Source of the DNA: Opitutia bacterium
Lineage (GTDB): Bacteria > Verrucomicrobiota > Verrucomicrobiia > Opitutales > Seribacteraceae
Reading direction: 5' to 3'
Length of the DNA: 56,088 bases
NCBI GenBank assembly: GCA_018645725.1
Contig: JABGWD010000145.1
Coordinates: 1-56,088, forward strand
Shown in pieces: positions 8,665 through 17,869 of the stretch. The stretch's first letter is position 1. Each line of letters begins with the position of its first letter. The position numbers and the translations under genes were made by a program. The notes under the pieces are model-generated. The model was not told the origin of the DNA and searched no databases. It was given only the letters and a program-made list of their open reading frames with translations.

Positions 8665-9957
8665 TCAAACGAACTTGGTTAGCCCGGGCATGGCGATTTG
8701 CACGTCTGGCGCCGGTCCCCACTCATATTTTTCCGGACCGAGGGTCTCCTTTGAATGAAGGGCCATTTCCCAAGTGATCTCCTGTCCCGTGTAGGTGGCC
8801 ATGCGTCCCATGATGGCCAGGAGGGTGCTCTTGGCCATGTGTTCCCCATCGTTGATTGCCTTGCCGGTGCGTATGCTGGCGAAGAGCTTGTCATGCTCGG
8901 TCTGGTAGACGTAATTGTTTTCCCCGCGATAGACCCATCGATCCTTCCCCTGGGCATCGATGGTCACTCCATTTCGTTTTTCGGAAAACCGAGCTTTTCC
9001 CGCGGATCCCTGCACTTCCGCGTTCATGCCGGTTTTGCAACCCTTCATCTGTCGGGTGTTGCTGATAAGCTTGGCCCCGTCCTCGTATTCGTAGACCACC
9101 GAATGATGATCGAAGACGTTGCCGAATTTCTTATCCGTCCTGACTTGCCTTCCTCCCATGCCGATGGCCTTGACCGGGTAAGCCCCCTTGGCCCACGAGC
9201 AAATGTCCAGGAAGTGAACGTGTTGCTCGACGTTGAAGTCCCCGGAGAGCCAAGTGTGGTAATACCAATTGCGCATTTGGTAATGCATGTCCGTCCAGTC
9301 GGGTTGGCGTTCCTTGTACCAAATCGGTCCACGGTAATCATTTGCCTGAAGCGTGAGCAGGTCACCGATGACGCCTGCTCGCAGGCGCTTGACTAGTTCC
9401 TGAAACCCAAGAGAGTGGCGCAGGCATAAGCCGGAAACCACGGACAAGCTTTTCTTCTTTGCCTTTTTGCAGGAGGCAAGCACGGATCGCACCCCTGGTC
9501 CGTCCACGGCCGCCGGTTTTTCGGCAAAGACGTGAACGCCTGCATCCACTGCCTTTTTCAAGTGGGCGGGACGAAAATGAGGTGGCGTGGCCAAGAGGAC
9601 CACGTCCACGCCACTGTCAATCAGTTCATCAAAGGCATCAAACCCGACAAAGCGTTTTGCGGGGGGCACATCAATCTTGCCGGCTACGGTGGGGATGGCC
9701 TTGATTCGTTCCAAGCTCCCTTCAAGCCGATCTGAGAAAACGTCTGCCATGGCGACTAGCCGGGCTCCCGGATCCGCCTGCAGAGCTTGGCTGCATGCCC
9801 CTGTTCCTCGCCCACCGCAACCCACCAAGCCAACCTTGATGACGTCTGCCTTTTGCCCGGGCGAGCCCGTCAGGTTGCCTGCCGTCCAAGCTACGGCTCC
9901 GGCTACGGTGGACTGGGAAATAAAGGCGCGTCGGGCGCATGCTCGTTCGAGTTTCAT
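8665..9957 (-). CDS. Gfo/Idh/MocA family oxidoreductase with Tat signal
   Basis: RRAFI twin-arginine leader; Rossmann motif GLVGCGGRG; ATPPHFR, EKP, NVEQHVH. Confidence 0.9.
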   Translation of the reverse strand: MKLERACARRAFISQSTVAGAVAWTAGNLTGSPGQKADVIKVGLVGCGGRGTGACSQALQADPGARLVAMADVFSDRLEGSLERIKAIPTVAGKIDVPPAKRFVGFDAFDELIDSGVDVVLLATPPHFRPAHLKKAVDAGVHVFAEKPAAVDGPGVRSVLASCKKAKKKSLSVVSGLCLRHSLGFQELVKRLRAGVIGDLLTLQANDYRGPIWYKERQPDWTDMHYQMRNWYYHTWLSGDFNVEQHVHFLDICSWAKGAYPVKAIGMGGRQVRTDKKFGNVFDHHSVVYEYEDGAKLISNTRQMKGCKTGMNAEVQGSAGKARFSEKRNGVTIDAQGKDRWVYRGENNYVYQTEHDKLFASIRTGKAINDGEHMAKSTLLAIMGRMATYTGQEITWEMALHSKETLGPEKYEWGPAPDVQIAMPGLTKFV

Positions 9958-10092
9958 GACTTGTCTCTTGCGTTCGGTTTGGAAAAAGGCATTGGGATTA
10001 ACCGCTACCTTACTTTCACCTTCGCCAACACCTCAAACCAAATCATGCAAAAGCTCTTCCGTTTTCGGAAAACGTTTGTTTTGCGCGAGATT

Positions 10093-10932
10093 CTACTGTT
10101 GGCGCAAGGGGCGTTTGCGATTTGGGTTTGGCAAGCGTATCGCGTTGAGTTCCTCGCGATCCAATGCCCCGTCCTTGTTACGGTCCGCGTCACGAATAAG
10201 CCCGGACAATTCTTCCAATTCTATCTTCCCGTTTTTGTTGGCGTCATATCGCATCAGGTGATCGGCCAACTCCGGTCGGCCGAATGGCGGGCCACCGGGA
10301 CGTCCTGGGAGATCCGGCGGGCGGGCGGAAGGTCTTGCTTGATTCGACTTTTCAAGCTCTGCCTTGCGTGAGGAAATTCTTTTCTCAGCTGACGGCCTGT
10401 CGTATCGGGCCCACGTTCCCCAGACTTTCAAGTATTCGGGGATATGGAGGATGCCATTTCCATCCGTATCGAGATCCATGAAAACCTGTGCGGCCAACTT
10501 CTTGTCAGGCATGGATTGATCAATGAACTCCGTACGATCCACCGTGCCATTCTTGTTTGCGTCCATTGCCTGGACGATCGCCTTTGCCTCGTCCGTGATG
10601 ATTCGGTTAAGGACGTATTCGGCTCTCGAAACGAAACCATCCCGATCGTTGTCGGACGCATTGAATATCCCTGCCCGGGATTGCGGATTCAGGTAATTCC
10701 CGTTGTCGACGTATTCGACTTTCGAATGTTTGCCATCCTTATCCTTGTCCGTAAAATCGAAGAATCTTGAGTAGCTCTCAATCTCTCGAGGGCCTACCCC
10801 GGCTTCCATTTTCGCTCCGAGTGGATCCAAGGGGGTTCCCAACTTAAGTTCCGGCCTGATTGATTTTGCATAGTTGGCATGCAAGACCAAGAAGAGAAAA
10901 ATTGAATGAGCGAGTGGATGGAGGCCTTTCAC
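10093..10932 (-). CDS. Secreted EF-hand protein (six DxDxDG-type loops)
   Basis: Probable GTG start at 10932 just after the upstream stop; loops DKDKDGKHSKVE, DNDRDGFVSRAE, DANKNGTVDRTE, DTDGNGILHIPE, DANKNGKIELEE, DRNKDGALDREE. Confidence 0.82.
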   Translation of the reverse strand: MKGLHPLAHSIFLFLVLHANYAKSIRPELKLGTPLDPLGAKMEAGVGPREIESYSRFFDFTDKDKDGKHSKVEYVDNGNYLNPQSRAGIFNASDNDRDGFVSRAEYVLNRIITDEAKAIVQAMDANKNGTVDRTEFIDQSMPDKKLAAQVFMDLDTDGNGILHIPEYLKVWGTWARYDRPSAEKRISSRKAELEKSNQARPSARPPDLPGRPGGPPFGRPELADHLMRYDANKNGKIELEELSGLIRDADRNKDGALDREELNAIRLPNPNRKRPLRQQ

Positions 10933-10933
10933 G

Positions 10934-12175
10934 TCATCGTTGTTTTTTGCTTGGGTTCTCGAACCAGATGACTCCCCATCCCCCGTTTTCTTCAGTCGTG
11001 GCAATATCCAAGTCCCCGTCTCCGTCGAGGTCGACCAGAAAGGCATTGTCCATCTTCTTGCGCGTCTCGGGGGCGGGTATCCTCATCAAAGTATTTTTCC
11101 ACATTCCTTTCCCGACCCGAGTCAGGTACCACAACTGGGCTTCGAATTCGGGGATGACAAGGATTTCCGGATAAGCCGGGTCTCCGTTCATCTCGAAGAT
11201 GGCGACGCCCTTGGGCTTGGGCTTCACTCTTACGCTCGCCGGTTGAGCAGGTAGGTCCACTTCGACTTTTTCATAAACCGGAGTTCCATTGTCATTGGTG
11301 CGGAGGAATATGCGTATCTTTTCAGCTGCCTTGACAAGATCAAGACGACCATCTCCATTGACGTCTCCGTGGGCCGCGAACATCCCGCTTGGTTGCCCGT
11401 CGATTACCTTGACCGGCCAGCGTTTGGTTATCTTGTCTTTGCCTGGATTGACGTAATAAAACAAACCCTGCTTGCGGCGTTCCTGCACAAGAATATCCTT
11501 GTTTCCGTCCCCGTCCATGTCGGTGACGATACAGTTCATTGGCCAGATCGCATCACCCAGTTCATACCGTTTCCAATTGGAGGCGACCTGCTTGTTTGCA
11601 ACGGGTTGTTTATACCAGGCCTTGGCTCCGACAATCAGGTCGTTTAGCCCATCGCCGTCAATGTCGCTGACAACCGGATTGCGGGCTTCTTGCTTGAAAA
11701 GCGTCATCTTGGTCCATTTGACCGGGTTTCTTACGTCCTTCCTTCCCGGGTTGAAGAAGACGTGTCCGCCGTTGGCGACGTAATCGACGTCGCCATCCTG
11801 ATCGAGGTCTCCGATCCCGGAGTCCTCGCACTTTCCGTGTTTTTCGAACTCGATGAAGTCGGTCCAGAGTCCACGTATCTTTTCCTTGCCAGGGTTGAAG
11901 TACAGGCGACTGTACCCGCCTTCCTCGAAGTTCACGAGCACGTCCAGATCGCCATCGCCATCCCCATCGTGGTAGTTGAAACCGTCCGGGCCGTCATCGT
12001 GAGGATCCGGTTGGATGACGTTGACCCGCCAACCGTCAGGACCGGGTTTGCCAACGTGCTTTTTCCATTCGGTTTTCCTGTCGTGCTTCTTCTTTTGGGA
12101 GAAAGCAGGGTCAACGGCGAAGGCACACAAGACAGCGAGTATTGAAAAAATCTTAACAATGTTCTGCTTACTCAT
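10934..12175 (-). CDS. Secreted FG-GAP/VCBS-repeat beta-propeller protein
   Basis: Signal peptide; seven D-x-D/N-x-D-G-x-x-D-type repeats (DGDGDGDLD, DLDQDGDVD, DIDGDGLND, DMDGDGNKD, DVNGDGRLD, EMNGDPAYPE, DLDGDGDLD). Confidence 0.87.
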   Translation of the reverse strand: MSKQNIVKIFSILAVLCAFAVDPAFSQKKKHDRKTEWKKHVGKPGPDGWRVNVIQPDPHDDGPDGFNYHDGDGDGDLDVLVNFEEGGYSRLYFNPGKEKIRGLWTDFIEFEKHGKCEDSGIGDLDQDGDVDYVANGGHVFFNPGRKDVRNPVKWTKMTLFKQEARNPVVSDIDGDGLNDLIVGAKAWYKQPVANKQVASNWKRYELGDAIWPMNCIVTDMDGDGNKDILVQERRKQGLFYYVNPGKDKITKRWPVKVIDGQPSGMFAAHGDVNGDGRLDLVKAAEKIRIFLRTNDNGTPVYEKVEVDLPAQPASVRVKPKPKGVAIFEMNGDPAYPEILVIPEFEAQLWYLTRVGKGMWKNTLMRIPAPETRKKMDNAFLVDLDGDGDLDIATTEENGGWGVIWFENPSKKQR

Positions 12176-12270
12176 GTGTCACACTTTTCCTAAACCCAAG
12201 GAGTTTCGATTGCAATGGATCTTTCCCCCTTCTTGGCAGGCTCTTTTTCAAATGATTTGCCATTCCTATC

Positions 12271-12313
12271 TTGACAGAAACCATTTAATTCTGAAAATGA
12301 GACTCAGTCTCAT
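12271..12313 (+). promoter_or_regulatory. feoAB promoter (TTGACA -35) overlapped by a Fur-like palindromic operator
   Basis: TTGACA at 12271-12276; perfect 8-1-8 inverted repeat ATGAGACT-C-AGTCTCAT at 12297-12313 overlapping the -10/+1 region upstream of ferrous iron uptake genes. Confidence 0.75.
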
Positions 12314-12366
12314 GTAATCCCTTGAGCAGTTTAAGCTCAAGAATTCCTTTGGATCCCCATTCGCAT

Positions 12367-12666
12367 ATGCCATACACCCCTAATTTAGCCCAAAATCCAT
12401 CCGAGAGCACGTCCCTGGACAAATTGAAACCAGGGAAGTGCGGTTACGTCGTGAAGGTGAAGGCGGAAAGTGATGACATCAAGAAACTTATGGCGATGGG
12501 GGTCTGCGAAGGACGAATCATCAAACTTGTTCACTTGGGCGAGCCAATGATCCTTCAGGTTTTGGGTTCCAGGATCGGGGTTTCAAGCCGGCTTGGAGAA
12601 ACCGTGGAAGTTGCTCCTTGCGAGGAGGACAATTGTTGCGAGCAAGGTCAGTGTAGCGAGGAATAG
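12367..12666 (+). CDS. feoA: Ferrous iron transport protein A
   Basis: SLDKLKPGKCG...KKLMAMGVCEG...GEPMILQVLGSRIGVS; directly upstream of feoB; ATG 12367 preferred over the track start 12322. Confidence 0.9.
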   Translation: MPYTPNLAQNPSESTSLDKLKPGKCGYVVKVKAESDDIKKLMAMGVCEGRIIKLVHLGEPMILQVLGSRIGVSSRLGETVEVAPCEEDNCCEQGQCSEE

Positions 12667-12669
12667 TCG

Positions 12670-14670
12670 ATGGTCAACGTGGTACCGTCCGAACGAGCGA
12701 ATTTGCCGGCGAAGGGCCTTCCTTTCCTTGCCTTGGCGGGCAACCCGAATGCTGGCAAGACGACCTTGTTCAACGCCCTGACCGGGTTGCGGGCGAAGAC
12801 GGCGAATTTTCCCGGCACGACGATCGAGTGCCGTACCGGTTCGGTGACGATTGGAAGGAATCCGGTCGAGTTGCTCGATTTGCCTGGCCTTTACAGCCTG
12901 AATGATTGTTCGGACGAGGAGCGTATGGCAAGGGATGCCTTGCTTGGAAAAGCGGGCGACCGGGGGAGACCCTCCGGAATCATCGTCGTAGCGGATGCCA
13001 CGAACCTGGAGAGAAACCTGTATTTGGCTGGGCAGATCCTTGAAATGAACCTGCCGGTCGTGGTTGCGCTTACCATGATGGATCTGGCGGAACGCAAGAA
13101 AATATCGATAGATTTTGAGTCTCTTGGCAAGGAACTTGGTTGCCCGATGGTGCCCGTTGACGTCCGTTCGGGCAAGGGGGTGAAGGAACTTCGTCAGGAA
13201 TGCGAGAACATGCTCAGCGGGCAGGTTGCCTTGACCAAGAGACCGGAGAGGCTCGAGTACGCATGCAGTTGCAACAGCTGTCCGTTCAAGGCCCATTTCG
13301 ACTGGACTCAAGAAGTTTGCGGCAAATGCGTTCATTCCAATGAGGAAGGCGAAACCGATCGAACCTTTGCCATTGATCGTGTGCTGACTCACCCTGTTTT
13401 CGGCTTCCTTGCTTTTGCAAGCGTGATGCTCTCCTTCTTTTTCATGGTTTTCTACATCGCCCAGTATCCGATGGAATGGATTGACGGGCTTTTCGTTCAT
13501 GCGGGGAGCTTTGTGGGCAAATTCATGCCAGAAGGGGACTTGAAAAGCCTCTTGGTCGACGGGGTGATCGGAGGGGTCGGAGGGATGCTGATCTTCCTTC
13601 CTCAAATTTGTATCCTGTTCTTTTTTCTTACCCTGCTTGAGGATACCGGGTATCTCGCCCGGGCCGCTTTCGTCATGGATCGTCTCATGAGAAGAGTGGG
13701 TCTGCCCGGGAAGGCGTTTGTCCCCATGCTATCCTCACACGCGTGCGCGATCCCTGGAATCATGGCTACTCGAGGAATTGAGGATAAACGCGACCGGTTG
13801 GTTACCATACTGGTTTTGCCCCTTCTTACTTGCTCGGCAAGGATTCCGGTTTATGCAATGGTTTGCGCCCTTTTGTTTCCCGATCAACCCATGTATGCAG
13901 CGCTTGCCTTTGCCGGAGCCTATTCGTTGGGTGGCATCGCAGCTTTGGTGATGGCCTTTGTCTTCCGCCGAACGATCCTTCCGGGAGAGACTCGACCCCT
14001 GGTCTTGGAATTGCCCGGTTACAAGATGCCGTCCGTCCGGAATGCTCTCCTAATGGCCATCGACCGGGCGGGAATCTTCATCCGCAAGGCGGGCACCGTG
14101 ATCATGGTGATCTCGATCGTGCTGTGGACCGCTTCCACTTACCCCAAGAGCGAACCTCCGGTTGAAGTGGCTGAAATGTTATTGCAGGCCGATCAAACCA
14201 ATGACGATGAGTTGCGCAAAGAGGCAACAAGGCTGGAATCCAAGCATGCCTTTGCCAATTCCGCCGCAGGACGGTTGGGCAAGGCAATCGAGCCCGTTAT
14301 CGAACCGCTCGGTTTCGATTGGCAGATCGGTGTAGGGATCGTGAGCTCGTTTGCCGCCCGGGAAGTAATCGTATCAACCCTTTCGATCATCTATGGAGTA
14401 GGGGAGGATGCGGTCGATGAAGATCCTGCTTCCTTGTACGATAATTTGCGGGCTTCCAAGCGATCGGATGGGTCGCCCGTGTATACGATGGCGACCTGCG
14501 TGAGCCTGCTCGTGTTTTACGTTTTGGCCATGCAATGTCTACCCACGCAAGCCGTCACTCGCAGGGAAACGGGAAGTTGGAAATGGGCGGCTTTCCAGTT
14601 TGGCTATATGACTGCTCTGGCCTACCTCTCCGCACTCATCACTTATCAAACCCTGACCTTTTTATCCTGA
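12670..14670 (+). CDS. feoB: Ferrous iron transport protein B
   Basis: G1 GNPNAGKT, ANFPGTT, G3 DLPG, DATNLERNL, G4-like TMMD; membrane gate motifs LEDTGYLARAAF, ACAIPGIMATR, CSARIPVY, FAAREV. Confidence 0.96.
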   Translation: MVNVVPSERANLPAKGLPFLALAGNPNAGKTTLFNALTGLRAKTANFPGTTIECRTGSVTIGRNPVELLDLPGLYSLNDCSDEERMARDALLGKAGDRGRPSGIIVVADATNLERNLYLAGQILEMNLPVVVALTMMDLAERKKISIDFESLGKELGCPMVPVDVRSGKGVKELRQECENMLSGQVALTKRPERLEYACSCNSCPFKAHFDWTQEVCGKCVHSNEEGETDRTFAIDRVLTHPVFGFLAFASVMLSFFFMVFYIAQYPMEWIDGLFVHAGSFVGKFMPEGDLKSLLVDGVIGGVGGMLIFLPQICILFFFLTLLEDTGYLARAAFVMDRLMRRVGLPGKAFVPMLSSHACAIPGIMATRGIEDKRDRLVTILVLPLLTCSARIPVYAMVCALLFPDQPMYAALAFAGAYSLGGIAALVMAFVFRRTILPGETRPLVLELPGYKMPSVRNALLMAIDRAGIFIRKAGTVIMVISIVLWTASTYPKSEPPVEVAEMLLQADQTNDDELRKEATRLESKHAFANSAAGRLGKAIEPVIEPLGFDWQIGVGIVSSFAAREVIVSTLSIIYGVGEDAVDEDPASLYDNLRASKRSDGSPVYTMATCVSLLVFYVLAMQCLPTQAVTRRETGSWKWAAFQFGYMTALAYLSALITYQTLTFLS

Positions 14671-15227
14671 GCAAGGCCAAAAGGATTTGGAGCAGCGAAT
14701 GTTTTCGGGCTTGGCAAACAGCATGACTGGCACTTGTCGAACATGATAGGAACGCACCCTTCAACTTCCTTCCCAAGGTGGACTTTACCCAGGAACAAAT
14801 GGCGAAATCGAGAATGCCGTTTTCTTCCAGCGAATCGAAAAACAGAAAAAATTGTCAAGGAATGGAAGCATCGGGAGTTTTCGGTCGTACAAAGGGATCC
14901 GATAGTCGTTCTTACTTTTGCTTCTGAGGCAGTCGGGACGGGGCAAAACTCAACCCCTTCACTCGAAGGTTGACATAGTTTGCGCGAAAAATGACGCAAA
15001 AACACAGAAAAAAAACGCGAATCAGCAACCTTTTTATGTTGTATAAAGGAAGCACAGCAAATACAAAATACAAATATTATTCATAACGAATGAACAAAAT
15101 TTTCTATTATTACATCATAATTCGTGGAGTTTTCTTCCGCGAGTGCCATTTACCGGTGCAAATACAAACTAAACCCAGAACCAGTTACCAAGTTTCAACC
15201 GACTAAAATCCCATAAACTGATACATC

Positions 15228-16130
15228 ATGACTACAACAGCAGTTACTTCCGCGGTCTCATACGAAGACGTAATTAATGCCATCCAGAAAAATATTCCTA
15301 CTTTGCCTCAAATCCTGGAAGAGTTGATCAATAGGTTGTCCGATATCGATTCAAGTCTTGAAAGCATAGAAGACTTGATCGAGGTAGACCAAGCCATAAC
15401 CTCTCGAATTCTGAAAGTTTCCAACAAGGTGGAATTTCTTGAACCGGACGAGCCTAGGATTACCTCGGTTCATGATGCCTTGCACAAGATAGGATTGGAG
15501 CATGCCAAGCGAATATCCCTGAACGTTTCCGTGCTCCACTTGATGGAGAACGTTGAATTTCCTCGCATCTTCAGTTTCGCTTCTCTTTGGCAGCATAGCT
15601 TGGGCGTTGCCGTTGCCAGTTCCGTTTTGGCAGAGGAGACGGGATACGAAAATCCCGATCAAGCTTACACTTGCGGGTTGGTCCACGATATCGGCAAGCT
15701 GATTAAAATAAAGTTCAACCAAGAGGAGTTTTGCAGCGAGATCAAAGCAGCCCGGGAGGGCAACTTGGATCTGCATGACTTCGAACTGATCAACGAATGC
15801 CTCAAGCATGATACGTTGGGCAGTCTAATGATGGAATTCTGGCAAATGCCCGTTGAGTTGTCATCAGTCATCCGCTATCATCACATGGAAAACAGGGCGA
15901 TGAGAGTTGGCGTCGAGTCTGCCGATTTGCACCACTTGATTGATATCGTATACTTGGCCAATCTTTTGGTGAAGAAGCTCCAAATTGGAAATAGCGGGCA
16001 TTTCGTTACAAAGGTCCCGTCTCCTGTATTGTTGGAATCGTTCGGATTGGATGAAGATCGCCTCGTGGAGGTGGAGCAAAAGATTTTGGAAAATTACGAG
16101 GCAAGTTCCTCGTTCCTGGCCACCTTGTAG
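15228..16130 (+). CDS. HDOD domain signal-transduction protein
   Basis: IPTLP, DQAITSRILKVSN, LWQHSLGVA, AYTCGLVHDIGK, IRYHH, IVYLAN. Confidence 0.9.
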   Translation: MTTTAVTSAVSYEDVINAIQKNIPTLPQILEELINRLSDIDSSLESIEDLIEVDQAITSRILKVSNKVEFLEPDEPRITSVHDALHKIGLEHAKRISLNVSVLHLMENVEFPRIFSFASLWQHSLGVAVASSVLAEETGYENPDQAYTCGLVHDIGKLIKIKFNQEEFCSEIKAAREGNLDLHDFELINECLKHDTLGSLMMEFWQMPVELSSVIRYHHMENRAMRVGVESADLHHLIDIVYLANLLVKKLQIGNSGHFVTKVPSPVLLESFGLDEDRLVEVEQKILENYEASSSFLATL

Positions 16131-16227
16131 GTTTTTGCAAGGGATCTTCTCCTTTTGGGCTTGAGCTGCGGCTCAAAAGCGCAGATTCGTTGTTCTTGGC
16201 AAGGGCTTGTCCCGTTTGCCAAGAACC

Positions 16228-17868
16228 ATGAGTTTTCGCTTACAAAGAGTCTTTCCCGTCCGTCCCATTGCCATTCTGTCGTTTTGGGTAGTTTCGGCTC
16301 TTTTCGGCAAACCTTCAAACATCCTGTTCATTGCAATTGACGATTTGAGGCCGGAGCTCGGATGCTACGGTTCGCCAATCGCAAAGTCTCCGAACTTGGA
16401 CAAGCTCGCCAAGGAAGGCATGCGCTTCGACCGGGCCTATTGTCAGCAGTCCATTTGCAGCCCTTCGCGGGCCAGTCTGATGACAGGTGCCCGACCGGAT
16501 GAAATTGGGGTGATTGAGAACACGGCTTATTTTCGCGAACTGAATCCCGGAATCGTTACTTTGCCCCAGCACTTCGTCAAGCATGGGTACGAGTCGGTTT
16601 ATTGCGGAAAGATCTATCATGGCCGTATGACCGATAATGATCACTCCTGGAGTCGCAAGGCTGCCTTCAACCGGTGCCCGGTGAAGATGAAGTGGTTGCC
16701 TGGAAACTATGCGCTCAAGGAGAATCAGGAACTGTGGGCATCGAACAAGGAAAAGATGTTGGCCAAATACGGAAAGGAAGGATCGGGTGGGCTCATCCAT
16801 GGCCCGGCTTACGAGTCGGCAGACGTTCCCGACCATGCCTATTCCGATGGATTCAGTACGAGGCTGGCAATCGCCACATTGAAGGATCATATCGACAAGA
16901 AACCCAAGCAACCTCTCTTTCTGGCTCTTGGTTTCAAAAAGCCTCATCTCGATTTTATCGCCCCCAAAAAATACTGGGATCTTTATGATCGTGAGAACAT
17001 CAAGTTAGCGAAACAAACGAACGAACCGAATGGTGGGGCGGCCACCGGGTTGCATGCCTCTTTCGAATTGCGCACCCGCCATGGTATTCCCAAAAAGGGG
17101 CCCATCGGGCCGGAATTGGCCAAGACTCTCCTGCACGGCTATTACGCCTGCATCAGCTATGTCGATGCGCAAATCGGAATGATGCTCGAGGCTCTCGACG
17201 AAGCGGGTATTCGCGATGACACCGTGATTGTGGTCTGGGGCGATCATGGTTGGCATTTGGGGGACATGGGTATCTGGGGAAAAGCGACCAATTACGAAAT
17301 AGCCACCCGTGTACCGTTGATCGTTTGGACTCCCAAAATGAAGGCCCGCGGCGAATCCACCGCCGCCTTGGTCGAGCTGGTCGATATCTATCCATCCTTG
17401 TGTGATTTGGCCGGTCTGCCGAAGCCCGCTCATTTGGCGGGAAAAAGTTTCGTACCGCTTCTTGATGCCCCAAGCAAGAAGTGGAAAAAACATGCGGTCA
17501 GCCAATTTCCCAACCCCGCTCTGCGGGAGTGGGCGGCCAACCCGCTTTCTCCCGGAATGCGCCAGACGTTCTTCGGACCTTTGATCGATGAGGTGGAAAG
17601 GAAAATCATCAAGCAGCAAGGGAATTCATGGGATCGCGATCTTTTCGAGCACCACCTTATGGGGTACTCCCTGCGAACGGACCGTCATCGGCTAGTCGCT
17701 TGGTTGGATTATCGGGACATCGATTCCGAGCCTTTGTTTTTGGAACTGTATGATCACGCCAAGGATCCGGAGGAAACCGAGAACGTTGCCAAGAAATTCC
17801 CCAAAAAAACCGAAGAGTTATTGGTCCGATTGCGGACAAGTGGAATTGGGAAAGGAGCAAGCAAGTAA
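16228..17868 (+). CDS. Secreted formylglycine-dependent sulfatase (iduronate-2-sulfatase-like)
   Basis: NILFIAIDDLRP, CSPSRASLMTG, GKIYH, KPHL, GDHGWHLG...WGK; start uncertain (16207 or 16228). Confidence 0.92.
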   Translation: MSFRLQRVFPVRPIAILSFWVVSALFGKPSNILFIAIDDLRPELGCYGSPIAKSPNLDKLAKEGMRFDRAYCQQSICSPSRASLMTGARPDEIGVIENTAYFRELNPGIVTLPQHFVKHGYESVYCGKIYHGRMTDNDHSWSRKAAFNRCPVKMKWLPGNYALKENQELWASNKEKMLAKYGKEGSGGLIHGPAYESADVPDHAYSDGFSTRLAIATLKDHIDKKPKQPLFLALGFKKPHLDFIAPKKYWDLYDRENIKLAKQTNEPNGGAATGLHASFELRTRHGIPKKGPIGPELAKTLLHGYYACISYVDAQIGMMLEALDEAGIRDDTVIVVWGDHGWHLGDMGIWGKATNYEIATRVPLIVWTPKMKARGESTAALVELVDIYPSLCDLAGLPKPAHLAGKSFVPLLDAPSKKWKKHAVSQFPNPALREWAANPLSPGMRQTFFGPLIDEVERKIIKQQGNSWDRDLFEHHLMGYSLRTDRHRLVAWLDYRDIDSEPLFLELYDHAKDPEETENVAKKFPKKTEELLVRLRTSGIGKGASK

Positions 17869-17869
17869 A

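Noticed and set aside
14940-15010. Possible c-di-GMP-I (GEMM) riboswitch upstream of the HDOD gene (GGCAAA ... GAAA ... GACGCAAA)
   Set aside because: Spacing and pairing around GAAA do not form the P2 stem and I see no P3 tetraloop receptor; an Infernal RF01051 search would settle it.
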